A DNA stretch of 64,000 bases. It comes from Bacteroidia bacterium (GTDB taxonomy: Bacteria; Bacteroidota; Bacteroidia; NS11-12g; UBA9320). The notes below the pieces were generated by a model that was given only the letters and a program-made list of their open reading frames with translations, did not search any database and was not told where the DNA came from. Position numbers and translations under genes: made by a program. Shown here piece after piece: positions 41,142 through 51,702 of the stretch (its first letter is position 1; each line of letters starts with the position of its first letter). The DNA is taken from the NCBI GenBank assembly GCA_018402155.1, contig JAGYJG010000001.1:418831-482830 (forward strand), given 5' to 3'.

Positions 41142-42659
41142 TTGGAAAATAAGAAGATACATATGGATAATAAACGCGCATTAAGTAAGAAATCAACACT
41201 AACCTTTGGCAATATGGATATGTCAAAATTACAGCCGCAAGCTAGAGACTTAGAAGAAGCAGTACTCGGGGCGATGATGCTCGAAAAATTTGCTCCTGAA
41301 AAAGTAGCTAGTTACTTGAAAAAAGATGCATTTTATACAGAAGCACATCAGTACATTTATGAGGCTATCTTACAGCTCTTTACAGATGGTCATCCTATAG
41401 ATATTCTCACTGTAACAGAGAAGCTTCGAAAGAATGGAACTTTAGAGCAAGTGGGCGGCGCATACTACATTACCTCGCTTACCAATAGGGTGAGTAGTGC
41501 TGCTAATATTGAATATCACGCACACATTGTTATTCAAAAAAGTATCCAAAGGCAACTTATTTCAGTTGCTGGAGAGATAGGTACTAGGGCATTTGAAGAG
41601 ACTTCAGATGCATTTGAGCTTTTAGATCAATCAGAAAAAAAGCTTTTTGAGATAAAAAATGAGAGTATGACCAAAAGCTATGATACGGTAACAGATTTAA
41701 TAGCAAAAGCCATAAAAGACATAGAAGAAAGCAAAACTCACGGAGCCGAAGGCCTTACTGGAGTTCCTACGGGTTTTACTGAGCTAGATCGGATGACCTC
41801 AGGTTGGCAAAAAAGTGATTTAATTATTTTGGCTGCACGTCCTGGGATGGGTAAAACAGCGTTTGTTTTATCAATGGCACGCAATGCCGCAGTTCTAGCC
41901 CAAAAAAGTGTTGCTATTTTCTCCCTAGAAATGAGTAGTTTACAACTAGTTAAACGATTAATAGCTTCCGAAGCAGAACTTAGCTCTGAAAAGATAAGAA
42001 GCGGTAAACTAGAAGAGCACGAGTGGCAGCAACTTCATACCAAAATAAGTACCATAGAGGATGCCAATATATTTATAGATGATACACCTGCTCTCACCGT
42101 TCTTGACCTTAAGGCTAAAGCTCGAAGAATGCAACGAAAACGAGGCCTAGACATGATAATTATTGACTATCTACAACTCATGCGGGCTGAGGAAGGAAAT
42201 AAATCCGCTGGGAACAGAGAACAAGAGATTTCGTACATATCAAGGTCTCTTAAAGGTCTTGCTAAAGAGCTAGATATTCCAGTTATCGCGCTTTCTCAAT
42301 TGAGTAGAGCTGTAGAGCAGCGTCAAGATAAACGACCTATGCTTTCAGACCTCAGGGAATCTGGGTCTATTGAGCAAGACGCAGATTTGGTTACATTCAT
42401 ATTTAGACCAGAGTACTACGGTATAACCCAAGATGAAGAAGGGAACGATAATGAAGGCCTAACTGAAATTATAATACGTAAGCATAGAAATGGTTCGCCC
42501 GGTACGGTCAATCTAAAGTTTGTCAAAAACTTTGGTAAATTCAGCGACTGGAGTTATTCCGATTTCGGTCCCGATACTTTTAAAGAAAATAGTGTCACTA
42601 TGCCAAGTAAGATGAATGATATGTCTCCTTACGAACCCGAAGGAGATGTACCATTTTAG
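41142..42659 (+). CDS. dnaB: Replicative DNA helicase
   Basis: AARPGMGKT, FSLEMS, IDYLQL, SQLSR and LRESGSIEQDAD motifs; no intein; start TTG 41142 or ATG 41163. Confidence 0.97.
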   Translation: MENKKIHMDNKRALSKKSTLTFGNMDMSKLQPQARDLEEAVLGAMMLEKFAPEKVASYLKKDAFYTEAHQYIYEAILQLFTDGHPIDILTVTEKLRKNGTLEQVGGAYYITSLTNRVSSAANIEYHAHIVIQKSIQRQLISVAGEIGTRAFEETSDAFELLDQSEKKLFEIKNESMTKSYDTVTDLIAKAIKDIEESKTHGAEGLTGVPTGFTELDRMTSGWQKSDLIILAARPGMGKTAFVLSMARNAAVLAQKSVAIFSLEMSSLQLVKRLIASEAELSSEKIRSGKLEEHEWQQLHTKISTIEDANIFIDDTPALTVLDLKAKARRMQRKRGLDMIIIDYLQLMRAEEGNKSAGNREQEISYISRSLKGLAKELDIPVIALSQLSRAVEQRQDKRPMLSDLRESGSIEQDADLVTFIFRPEYYGITQDEEGNDNEGLTEIIIRKHRNGSPGTVNLKFVKNFGKFSDWSYSDFGPDTFKENSVTMPSKMNDMSPYEPEGDVPF

Positions 42660-42666
42660 GAAACTT

Positions 42667-43176
42667 CTATTCGGTAATGAATGCTCCCTTCATTAAACCC
42701 CAGTGTCCTGGATATGAACATATAAATGAATAATCTCCGGCCGCTGGCGTAGTAAAGGTGAAGTATTCCGTTTCTCCTATTTGTACCAAAGGCGAATGAG
42801 CAAGAACATTTTCGTCATTAGGTTTTACATAATGGTTTTCTTTGTATGCTAATCCTGCTTGACCAACTTCGTTTCCTTTTCCTTCACGTATAATTACAAT
42901 ATTGTGCGGCATAGTGGCATCAGTGCTTTGGTTTTCCAGCGCTATAGTTAGCTTCTTGCCAGCGGGTACTTTTATATTTTTTAAGTCAAAACGCATTTCA
43001 CTCATAGTTTCTCCAGTCGCTATAACGCGTATCGTATCTCGTTCATCTAGAGGAATCATTATTTTGGCAGGGGCTGTGCTTAGCTCTTTCTCGTTTTCTT
43101 CGGAAAAACCATCTTTCTGACTTCCACTACAAGCCCATAGGCTGAGTAGAAGGGTGCTGTATACTATGTATTTCAT
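42667..43176 (-). CDS. Azurin/auracyanin-like blue copper lipoprotein
   Basis: Lipobox LWAC; type-1 copper ligands in PHNIV and CSYPGHWGLM. Confidence 0.85.
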   Translation of the reverse strand: MKYIVYSTLLLSLWACSGSQKDGFSEENEKELSTAPAKIMIPLDERDTIRVIATGETMSEMRFDLKNIKVPAGKKLTIALENQSTDATMPHNIVIIREGKGNEVGQAGLAYKENHYVKPNDENVLAHSPLVQIGETEYFTFTTPAAGDYSFICSYPGHWGLMKGAFITE

Positions 43177-45815
43177 TATTTTTTGAATAGTCCTTTTAAT
43201 TTATCCTCTGCTTGTTTCTTGACTTCGTCTTTCTTTTTTGCTGTTTCTTTTCGTATTTGCCCTTCAGCTTCTTTTTGCTTCTGCTTTAGTTCTTCTTGTA
43301 ATTTTGCCTTCGCTTCAGAGGCTTTCCGCAAAACTTCCTCTTTTCGCTTGGTGATTTCGTCTGATGCCAATTGTTGAGCATCTTCCTTCTTCTCACTTAG
43401 CTTATTGATAACAGTATTTTTTATGGTTTGTTTCATAGAGTTTTTTATCTCCTTTAAATGCAGTTCTATGATTGGCTTTTTAAAACTTCCTTGTATACGT
43501 ATGGCGATGTCTAAAAAATCATTGGGTTTTAATTTTAAATCACGGAATTGTGTTCCTGCTGTAAGATTGTTAATTATGCTTACTTCATCTTTTACATAGG
43601 AGCTAGGTATGCTAAATATTCCGTTGTAGTTTATTGATCCATCTAATTTTGAGACACCAGATAACAAGAATTTTGCACTGTCTATGGATACATTAAAGGG
43701 GGATACAACTAGTTCTCCATTTTGTATTTTGAAATTGACTAAAAAGTCGTGCAATTGGTTTTCATTAAAATGATTTGTACCTAGTTTTGAGTCTATATCT
43801 TTTAATACTTGCAGTTGGTTTATGACTAAATTTTGAAAGTTCAGTGATCCTCCTAAATTTATGCTTTCTAGTTTGGGCGACATGTCCTTATTTAGCTCAG
43901 CAGCCATAGTTAGCTTAGCTGTGGTCATAGCTTGAATGCTCTCAAAAATTGGAACAAATGCCTTTATCACGTTAAACTTTCGCAGCAAGTCAACTATTTT
44001 TATGTTGGAATAAGAAAAGTCGAAATTGGCCCACGGTTTATGTATATCGTATGTGTAAGATGCATCCAGATTTACACTACCACCCAATAGATCGGTATTT
44101 ATTTGTTGCAGTTTTATAGTTTTGTTCTCTATGCCAACTTTTCCATTAAAATTGGTCAATTCTAAATCGTCGTAAATTAGGTTTTCTATAGAGGCTGTTA
44201 AAGTTAAATTTATGTTGCCAGGCACTTCTACCAATGTCATTTCTGAACTCCCTTCGTTTTCTTCAGTCTTCATTAAAAAGTCATTTATATTCAGTCTTCT
44301 AGAAATGAGTATTGCATCACCTTTCAAGGTCTTATCGGCCAATATATAGGCAAAAAAGTTGTCAAATTTACCAGAGAATTGAATATCGTTATTACCAATC
44401 ATTCCGTTAAATACTGGTATGTTTACGTGATGATCTTGCACAATAATAGTTGCTTTTTCTAGGTCTAAATTGCCACTCATGTCTTCAGTTTTATAACCAA
44501 GATTTTGAGTGTTAATAAACCCACTTGCCTCAAACTTTTCGAAAGCGGAGGCACTGATATCATTCACTCTTCCATTTATATCTATTTTAGCGTCTATTAG
44601 TCCGCTTATTTGCGTGCCTTCTAGAGGTACTATTTTTGTTATATTACCAAGGTCTATTTTTCCTTGAATACCCATATTCAGAAGAATATTGCCAAAAATA
44701 TCTTGCATATGTAGCTTAAGGTCAAAAGGGTCATTTCCCATTTTAAAATGCATTTTCGAAATATCAATTACTGTTTGATTAATATTTCCGTCTTTACTAT
44801 ATACGTGCAGATTTAGGTCGATATCTTCCATTGGTAGTGGTAGTTCTGCATATTTGAAATAACCCTGATTTACTTGCATAGCTATATCGTATGCCGGAAA
44901 AGATGTTTTACTGTATACCCCTCTAAATTGTGCATTCAGGGTTCCGCCACCTTTGGTCTGCATGGTGCCAAAATCTGAGGTGTAAATAGCAGGTATCAAG
45001 GTTAGAAATTTATTGAGGTCGGGGGTTTTAGAATGTATGTCTAAGTCAAAAATCATATCATCGTTATTGAGTTGAATGAAGCCAGTAAGATCTGCATCTA
45101 GTCCGTTGATAGTGAGCGTATTTTTTGGAAGTGCGTATTTATTATTGACTAAATTCACGTCTATCTTACCCACTTGATTTATTTTCCACCTGTTGAGGTA
45201 CGTGGTTCCATCATATATCAAGGCTAGCTGTGTTATATCTGTTTCTGCATCTAGTAAAAATGATTCGGAATTAAAATTACCCGAAGAGGTGTGTGTTATG
45301 CCACGCAAGTGTACATCTGTTTTTGATAAGGCGTCAAGATAGCGAAAATTGCCATCAGTAATTCGTATTTCTGAGAGTTCAAAGTTGATGGGAGTGCCGG
45401 TGCTAGTGTCAGTTACACTAGACACATCCCAATTATTTATACTATCACTAGTTGCCTCAAGGTGTATGAAAGGCTTGTCGAGTAGGATACTCCCAAAAAC
45501 ATACTGCTGCTTTTTGTAAAATTTCATCAAATCAAATGATACTTCAATTTCTTTAGCAGAAAACAGAGTATCATTGGTGTAAAATCCCTCATTGTAGCAC
45601 AGCGATACATCTTTAAGCGAGAGGTTTAAGTTTGGAAAGGATTTAAAAATATTGATACCAATATTCTTATTGAAATGTAATTCTGCTTTTAGGCTTTTAT
45701 TAGCTGCATTTCGTACTGTTTCTATAATTTGGTCTTTGAATATGTATGGCAGGAAAATGGCGGAACTTAGTATCAGTAGTACAAGTATAGATAGACTTAA
45801 AATTATTTTTTTCAT
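43176..45815 (-). CDS. AsmA family protein
   Basis: N-terminal TM anchor, SFPNL, long beta-rich repeats, IQGSFKKP, charged C-terminal coil. Confidence 0.82.
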   Translation of the reverse strand: MKKIILSLSILVLLILSSAIFLPYIFKDQIIETVRNAANKSLKAELHFNKNIGINIFKSFPNLNLSLKDVSLCYNEGFYTNDTLFSAKEIEVSFDLMKFYKKQQYVFGSILLDKPFIHLEATSDSINNWDVSSVTDTSTGTPINFELSEIRITDGNFRYLDALSKTDVHLRGITHTSSGNFNSESFLLDAETDITQLALIYDGTTYLNRWKINQVGKIDVNLVNNKYALPKNTLTINGLDADLTGFIQLNNDDMIFDLDIHSKTPDLNKFLTLIPAIYTSDFGTMQTKGGGTLNAQFRGVYSKTSFPAYDIAMQVNQGYFKYAELPLPMEDIDLNLHVYSKDGNINQTVIDISKMHFKMGNDPFDLKLHMQDIFGNILLNMGIQGKIDLGNITKIVPLEGTQISGLIDAKIDINGRVNDISASAFEKFEASGFINTQNLGYKTEDMSGNLDLEKATIIVQDHHVNIPVFNGMIGNNDIQFSGKFDNFFAYILADKTLKGDAILISRRLNINDFLMKTEENEGSSEMTLVEVPGNINLTLTASIENLIYDDLELTNFNGKVGIENKTIKLQQINTDLLGGSVNLDASYTYDIHKPWANFDFSYSNIKIVDLLRKFNVIKAFVPIFESIQAMTTAKLTMAAELNKDMSPKLESINLGGSLNFQNLVINQLQVLKDIDSKLGTNHFNENQLHDFLVNFKIQNGELVVSPFNVSIDSAKFLLSGVSKLDGSINYNGIFSIPSSYVKDEVSIINNLTAGTQFRDLKLKPNDFLDIAIRIQGSFKKPIIELHLKEIKNSMKQTIKNTVINKLSEKKEDAQQLASDEITKRKEEVLRKASEAKAKLQEELKQKQKEAEGQIRKETAKKKDEVKKQAEDKLKGLFKK

Positions 45816-46079
45816 GAAAGTAAACTAGATTCGAAGGTTAATACGAGAGTACGACGTTACAGTCAATTTTTGTTAAATTATTAGATGAAATTATTGAAAT
45901 ATTAGTACAGTAAAAATTATTCTATTCTGCAAATTTTAATACTTAAAAACACATTTTGAATTGTCTATTGTAATTGGAATAAAACAGGCTTTTTACTAAT
46001 GCAAAAAAGTAATAAATGTTGCTATAGTTAGCATACTCTGGATATAGTAAGTTGTGAGAAAAAACAGAGTAAAATAAAA

Positions 46080-46129
46080 TTGAAAATAAAAAAAGCCAGT
46101 GAATAAACACTGGCTTTTTTTATTTTCAA
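46080..46129 (-). terminator. Terminator after pruA (bidirectional shape)
   Basis: TTGAAAATAAAAAAAGCCAGTG-aataaa-CACTGGCTTTTTTTATTTTCAA. Confidence 0.8.
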
Positions 46130-46192
46130 CTACCAAAAACATAGCGTTTATATGTTGAAGTTAGTACAGGAAATTATATTTCGAGTATTTTA

Positions 46193-47818
46193 CTAGCTAT
46201 GAAAAGGGTATTCGTAACTTTTAGGTGCCACAAAGGTTTCTTTTATCGTTCGCATGGAGGTCCATCTCATTAAGTTAATGGGTGCACCAGCTTTATCATT
46301 GGTTCCACTAGCTCTTGCACCACCAAAGGGTTGCTGACCTACAACAGCACCGGTTGGCTTGTCATTGATGTAGAAGTTTCCTGCAGCATTGCGTAGGTGA
46401 TGTAAAGCTTGGTTAATTTGCTCTCTACCTTGGGCAAAAATAGCGCCAGTAAGCGCATACTCTGAAGTGTCATCTAGCAATTTCATGGTTTCTATATATT
46501 GGGCATCCTCATACACATAAATGGTCAGCACAGGACCAAATAGCTCTTCGCACATTGTTGTGTATTTTGGGTTAGAGGTTTCTATGATGGTAGGACGTAT
46601 GAAGTAACCCTCACTATCATCGTAACTGCCACCTGCTATTATTTCAGCATCGCTTGCTTGAGCCACTTTATCGATATAAGTACTCAGTTTTATAAAAGAT
46701 TTTTTATCAATCACCGCATTTATAAAATTGCTAAAATCTTCGGTGGTTCCCATCTTTAGTTTATTGGTATTTTCTACCAACATAGGTTTTAATTCTGGCC
46801 ACATACTAGCAGGAATATAAGCTCTACTAGCAGCACTGCATTTTTGTCCTTGATACTCAAAGGCACCGCGCACCAGAGCTGTATTAACTTGCTGTACGTT
46901 CGCACTTTTGTGTACCATTACAAAATCTTTTCCACCGGTTTCTCCCACTATTCGTGGGTAGCTGCGGTATTTGTTGATGTTATTTCCAATGGTTTTCCAT
47001 ATATGACGAAAAACGCCCGTACTTCCAGTAAAGTGGATTCCGGCAAAATCTTTATGATTGAATACTACTTCGCCTGTAGTTGGGCCGTCCACATATACTA
47101 TATTAATTACTCCTTGTGGTAATCCAGCTTCTTCAAATAATTCCATAATAACTTGAGCACTATATATCTGAGATTCAGCTGGTTTCCATACGACTGTATT
47201 TCCCATCATAGCAGGGGCTGCACAAAGGTTGGCACATATACTCGTAAAGTTGAATGGGGTTAGAGCAAATACAAATCCTTCTAAGGGTCTATATTCCAAT
47301 TGATTCCATACTCCTGGAGAGTTTTCAGGTGGTTGTTGAGCATAAATTTCACTCATATACTGTACATTGAATTTGAAAAAATCTATCATTTCACAAGCGG
47401 CATCAATTTCAGCTTGCATAGCATTTTTCGATTGAGCCAACATTGTAGCAGCATTCATTTTGTCTCTAAAAGGTCCGGCAAGCAAATCTGCAGCTTTTAA
47501 AAATATAGCAGCTCTAGCTTCCCACGGCATACTGGCCCAAGCATCTTTGGCTGCTAGAGCTGCTTCAATAGCCGCTGTTACATGGCTTGCATTACCTTTA
47601 CTATAAGTGCCCAAATTGTGACTTATTTCGTGTGGTGGATGCATTGATATTTTAGTATCAGTATACACTTTTTTATCCCCGATATACATCGGTATATCTA
47701 CCTGAGTGCTTTTTAGTTCTTGAATTTTACTTTTTAGACGTTGTGTTTCCTCAGTGCCAGGAGCATAGGCTATCACGGGTTCGTTTGTTGCTGTCGGTAT
47801 TTTTACTACTTGGTTCAT
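46193..47818 (-). CDS. pruA: L-glutamate gamma-semialdehyde (P5C) dehydrogenase
   Basis: PFNF, FTGST, ETGGKD, EYQGQKCSA, EELFGP and QQPFGGARASGTNDKAG motifs. Confidence 0.95.
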   Translation of the reverse strand: MNQVVKIPTATNEPVIAYAPGTEETQRLKSKIQELKSTQVDIPMYIGDKKVYTDTKISMHPPHEISHNLGTYSKGNASHVTAAIEAALAAKDAWASMPWEARAAIFLKAADLLAGPFRDKMNAATMLAQSKNAMQAEIDAACEMIDFFKFNVQYMSEIYAQQPPENSPGVWNQLEYRPLEGFVFALTPFNFTSICANLCAAPAMMGNTVVWKPAESQIYSAQVIMELFEEAGLPQGVINIVYVDGPTTGEVVFNHKDFAGIHFTGSTGVFRHIWKTIGNNINKYRSYPRIVGETGGKDFVMVHKSANVQQVNTALVRGAFEYQGQKCSAASRAYIPASMWPELKPMLVENTNKLKMGTTEDFSNFINAVIDKKSFIKLSTYIDKVAQASDAEIIAGGSYDDSEGYFIRPTIIETSNPKYTTMCEELFGPVLTIYVYEDAQYIETMKLLDDTSEYALTGAIFAQGREQINQALHHLRNAAGNFYINDKPTGAVVGQQPFGGARASGTNDKAGAPINLMRWTSMRTIKETFVAPKSYEYPFHS

Positions 47819-48513
47819 TTTGCTAATAAGTTTTGTTCTATATCTTTAAAAAATTTCCAATTCCCAAAATCAGGCATCGGAGCGTGCAAATTTAAATTTT
47901 CTCTCGTCACAGGGTGCAAAAATGACAAGCCCAAAGCGTGTAAGTATATACTCTTATCCTCTGTGGGCTTGGTTTGTCCATATTTTACATCGCCTACTAT
48001 ACCGGTAAATGTGCGAGCCAGCTGAACTCGTATCTGGTGTGGTCTCCCCGTGATAGGATTTACCTTCACCAAAAAACAATGGTTTGCAGTATTAATATAT
48101 TGATAATGCAAAACAGCTTTTTTACTTCCTTCTCTTTCTTCTTCGTATAGCTTAGTGCGATTTTGTTTTGGGTCTTTTTTTAGCCAGTGAGTTAAGGTGC
48201 CAGCCATAGGCTGGGGCTTTCTGCGTATGAGTGCAGCATATGTTTTCGTAATATCACGCTCTTTAAATTGAGCATTCATTCGTATTAGTGCTTTACTCGT
48301 GCGTGCAAAGAGTACAATACCTGTTACATTGGTATCTAAACGGTGTATGCAACCTAAAAAGACAGCTCCAGGTTTCTTATATTTCTCTTTTATGTAGGCT
48401 TTTACGTGCATCTCAAGCGATGGAAGGCCATGCTCATTATCCTGCACAACTAACCCGGCTGGTTTACTTACAGCTATAAGGTGATTATCTTCGAAGATTA
48501 CGTGTAAATTCAT
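47815..48513 (-). CDS. RluA family pseudouridine synthase
   Basis: KPAG, HRLD and TGRPHQIRVQ motifs. Confidence 0.92.
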   Translation of the reverse strand: MNLHVIFEDNHLIAVSKPAGLVVQDNEHGLPSLEMHVKAYIKEKYKKPGAVFLGCIHRLDTNVTGIVLFARTSKALIRMNAQFKERDITKTYAALIRRKPQPMAGTLTHWLKKDPKQNRTKLYEEEREGSKKAVLHYQYINTANHCFLVKVNPITGRPHQIRVQLARTFTGIVGDVKYGQTKPTEDKSIYLHALGLSFLHPVTRENLNLHAPMPDFGNWKFFKDIEQNLLAK

Positions 48514-48562
48514 TTACGTCTTGCAAAGGTAACCATTCGGAGCCTAGGCCAAAGCATAGATG

Positions 48563-49198
48563 CTATTTAAAGAGTGTTGATCGCCCAAATCTTTTGCAAA
48601 TAGGACATTCAGTGGGACGGTGTCCCCTTGCAGGACAGTACTTTCTGCCAAAAAAAATGATTTGTAAATGAACTTTATTCCACGATTCTCTCGGAAAAAT
48701 GGCTTTTAAATCTTTTTCAGTTTTTGCCACATTTTTTCCAGTACTCAATTTCCAACGATATGCCAGCCTATGAATATGTGTGTCTACAGGAAATGCAGGA
48801 ACATCAAACGCTTGACTCATAACAACACTAGCAGTTTTATGCCCCACCGCAGGCAGCGCCTCCAAAGCTTCAAAACTAGAAGGTACTTCCCCATTATATT
48901 GCTCTATGAGTATTTTACTGAGACCATAGATTCCCTTACTTTTCATAGGAGATAATCCACAAGGCCGAATGACTTCTTTTATTTCTTCTACACTTAGTTT
49001 TACCATGTCTTGAGGATTATCTGCTTTTTCAAATAATAACGGAGTGATTTTATTTACACGCTCATCTGTGCATTGAGCAGAAAGCAGCACTGCTATTAAG
49101 AGGGTATAAGGATCTTTGTGATCTAAGGGTATAGGCACCTCCGGAAACTCATCGTCCAAAATTTTATGAATTTGTGCGGCTCTTTCTCTATTGGTCAT
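48563..49198 (-). CDS. nth: Endonuclease III
   Basis: LLSAQCTD, HhH LPAVGHKTA, VDTH and a C-terminal Cys cluster. Confidence 0.93.
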   Translation of the reverse strand: MTNRERAAQIHKILDDEFPEVPIPLDHKDPYTLLIAVLLSAQCTDERVNKITPLLFEKADNPQDMVKLSVEEIKEVIRPCGLSPMKSKGIYGLSKILIEQYNGEVPSSFEALEALPAVGHKTASVVMSQAFDVPAFPVDTHIHRLAYRWKLSTGKNVAKTEKDLKAIFPRESWNKVHLQIIFFGRKYCPARGHRPTECPICKRFGRSTLFK

Positions 49199-50051
49199 AT
49201 AATACTTCATCAAAACGTTTGCCTATCCATTTGGTTTCTAAACAATCAGTTACGTGGGCTTTTCGCACTCGCATCTCGGTACCATCTCCTGTAATAAACG
49301 AAAATTGTGGGGTGTGTCCAAAATTCCAATCCCACGTAGAGTATTTAGAGTTGACCAAAGATGATACCTCTGCAACTTCCTCGGGCAATAGTTTTTCTAT
49401 ACTTCGTATATCCAAGTATTGATGCAATTGCTGTATTAATGCGTTCAAAAATTCTGTTGTACTTCCTAAGTCCTTAACTTCTCGTATATTAATCACTGGG
49501 CTACGAACTGAATCTACAGCATGGGTTCTTATGTCTAACTTTTTTTTCGGTTTGATACTGCCATTTAGTTTTACAATATTACTGTCATAGAGCAACGTGC
49601 CATGATGAAGTATTCTTTTCACTTTGCTATTTACGTGTTCTGCATTTCCACTCACTTTATGGTTTTTAACAAAAATATCATTTCGGAGTGATATTTCATT
49701 GGGTATTCCCATTGATGCAAGTGCATTACTAATGGGCTCTATATGCTCCCTGAAATTTACAAAATCTTGGTTTTTATTCCTAATAAAAGAAAAATTTATG
49801 TTTCCGATGTCTTGAAAAACAGTTCCGCCACCACTCAATCTTCGTGCTACGGTATGTGCATCTTTTATTTTACTGCTAGAGGACAGGTCAACTTCTTTCC
49901 AAGGATTTTGATGTTTGCCTATCACAACCGCATCGGTGTTTATGTAAAATAGAAGTATATCCTCGATACTTCGAAGTACGAGGTACTCCTCTAGTGCTAG
50001 ATTAGCATATACCTCTTGAGATTGGGATAGTATGATTTTAAGGCTTTTCAA
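49188..50051 (-). CDS. lplA: Lipoate-protein ligase A family
   Basis: NLALEE, IGKHQN, RRLSGGGTV, KVSGNA, HHGTLL and WDWNFG motifs. Confidence 0.9.
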   Translation of the reverse strand: MKSLKIILSQSQEVYANLALEEYLVLRSIEDILLFYINTDAVVIGKHQNPWKEVDLSSSSKIKDAHTVARRLSGGGTVFQDIGNINFSFIRNKNQDFVNFREHIEPISNALASMGIPNEISLRNDIFVKNHKVSGNAEHVNSKVKRILHHGTLLYDSNIVKLNGSIKPKKKLDIRTHAVDSVRSPVINIREVKDLGSTTEFLNALIQQLHQYLDIRSIEKLLPEEVAEVSSLVNSKYSTWDWNFGHTPQFSFITGDGTEMRVRKAHVTDCLETKWIGKRFDEVLYDQ

Positions 50052-50363
50052 ATAATGGGTACGAAGAAAATCAAATAGTTATGTTTTATTGAATTTTTTT
50101 GACTTTTTTGGGTCCTACTTTAGTGCCTATCATCCAAGAATTTATGAATGTGTCTGGGTCTAAGAATTTCATGGTCAACTCTTTTTATGTGAGTCATTTT
50201 TTTGATCATGAAAAAATATCTCTTCTATTATAAAAGTATTGATTTTAAATATTTTCCGAAAAAAACATAATTGTAACACAGTAAACTGTTTTTAAAGTGA
50301 CTGATTTTTTAATCTAGTAAAAATGTTAAGAAATAGTTTTTCACCAAATCTTTAACTTAATGA

Positions 50364-50393
50364 TTGCATAACTGAAATTTCATTTTAGTTTTG
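50364..50393 (+). promoter_or_regulatory. Consensus Bacteroidota housekeeping promoter TTG-N19-TAGTTTTG with no annotated downstream gene
   Basis: TTG at 50364-50366, 19-nt spacer, TAGTTTTG at 50386-50393. Confidence 0.65.
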
Positions 50394-50397
50394 TATC

Positions 50398-50480
50398 ATT
50401 AATGGGGGTTAATAAAAGATCTTGCCCTTTATAAGGCTAGATCGCCGGATTTTCATTTTTATGAAAATCCGGTTTTTTTT
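50398..50480 (+). ncRNA. Candidate small RNA (~85 nt)
   Basis: Promoter, G-rich single-stranded 5' end, internal hairpin and a plus-strand-only intrinsic terminator, all lying between two minus-strand genes. Confidence 0.55.
50445..50480 (+). terminator. Intrinsic terminator, plus strand
   Basis: CCGGATTTTCAT-tttt-ATGAAAATCCGG followed by T8. Confidence 0.8.
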
Positions 50481-50590
50481 GCCTAAATTTCGAAAAGTCA
50501 GATATAATCTAAAGCCTTCTGATCTGTTTCCCTAATTCTTTCGATATATAAATCTCCATTCAATAGTCAGAATCGCTCTTTATGTTAGAG

Positions 50591-51550
50591 TTAGTTGTCT
50601 CTGCTTGATAGCATATAAACAATCTCTGAGAGGTAGCTTTGGTCTCCGACGGTATTTATTTGTGCCAAAGTTTCGAGACTTTTTAGATTGTAATGTTCTG
50701 CTAGATTCAAAGTGGCATCTTTGGCGCCAGTTTGAACCATATATCTTTTTACAGAAGTTATTATTTCACTATCAGGCTCAGCATAAAGACTCTCTATCTC
50801 TTTTTGTTGTGAATTTTCTAGCCTGTTCCACATCTCATTCCATAGATAGGTCTTCTTTTTTTCTAGGATGTCACCGCCAATGCGTTTCCCTACTTTGGCA
50901 GTTTCCCCAAAACTGTCTAAGTAATCATCCATCAGTTGAAAAGATAGACCAATAGATATACCTAAATCATATAATTGTTGACTTTGTGCGGTACTTGCTC
51001 CACCCAATAATGCGCCCGCTTGTAGGCTAAACCCGAGCAAAACAGCTGTTTTTTGGTGAATCATATGCAGGTATTCGTCGTTGCTCACATGAGCCATTTG
51101 CTCAAATTGCATATCGTTCATTTGCCCTTCGCATAGCTCTCTTGCCATAGCATTAAAAAGTTTTAAAATGGTAATATCACCTACCTCGGCTAGCTTTTCG
51201 TATACTTCTATCTGTAGCAAATCTCCAGAGAGAATAGCAGTAGCCTCATCCCATTTTATATGAACTGTTTGTTTTCCTCTGCGAATTGGAGATCGGTCCA
51301 TAATATCATCATGTAATAAGGTGAAATTATGAAACATTTCTACAGCCTGTGCTACCTGTATTACCTGAGGAGAATAGTGTTCATTGAATAACTTATAAGC
51401 CGCTAAGACCATAGCTGGTCGTATGCGTTTTCCTCCTAAACCTAAAATATAACTTATAGGTTCGTATACTGCTCTTGGATAACCCGGTTGTTGTGAAATT
51501 TCTGCCATAGCAGGCTTCAATTCAGCGAGTAGTTCTTTCAGTTTATTCAA
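50591..51550 (-). CDS. Polyprenyl diphosphate synthase (GGPP/FPP synthase-like)
   Basis: GGKRIRP, LLHDDIMD, GQ..D, KT and FQLMDDYLD motifs. Confidence 0.92.
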   Translation of the reverse strand: MNKLKELLAELKPAMAEISQQPGYPRAVYEPISYILGLGGKRIRPAMVLAAYKLFNEHYSPQVIQVAQAVEMFHNFTLLHDDIMDRSPIRRGKQTVHIKWDEATAILSGDLLQIEVYEKLAEVGDITILKLFNAMARELCEGQMNDMQFEQMAHVSNDEYLHMIHQKTAVLLGFSLQAGALLGGASTAQSQQLYDLGISIGLSFQLMDDYLDSFGETAKVGKRIGGDILEKKKTYLWNEMWNRLENSQQKEIESLYAEPDSEIITSVKRYMVQTGAKDATLNLAEHYNLKSLETLAQINTVGDQSYLSEIVYMLSSRDN

Positions 51551-51702
51551 GGGTTCAAAGTTAATAAAAATACTAAAAACTAAATATTAAGCCCCGAAAC
51601 TTGAATTGGTATTAAAAAACATCAAAACCTATTTCCAAATACTGCTTAAAATGTGCTCAAAATGGTTGGCATAGACTGAACACATTATCTAACTCTGTGG
51701 TA

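Noticed and set aside
41142-42659. Intein in DnaB
   Set aside because: Normal length and uninterrupted motifs
50085-50210. Two overlapping 28-29 codon minus-strand ORFs upstream of lplA
   Set aside because: No motif or promoter support; expected by chance
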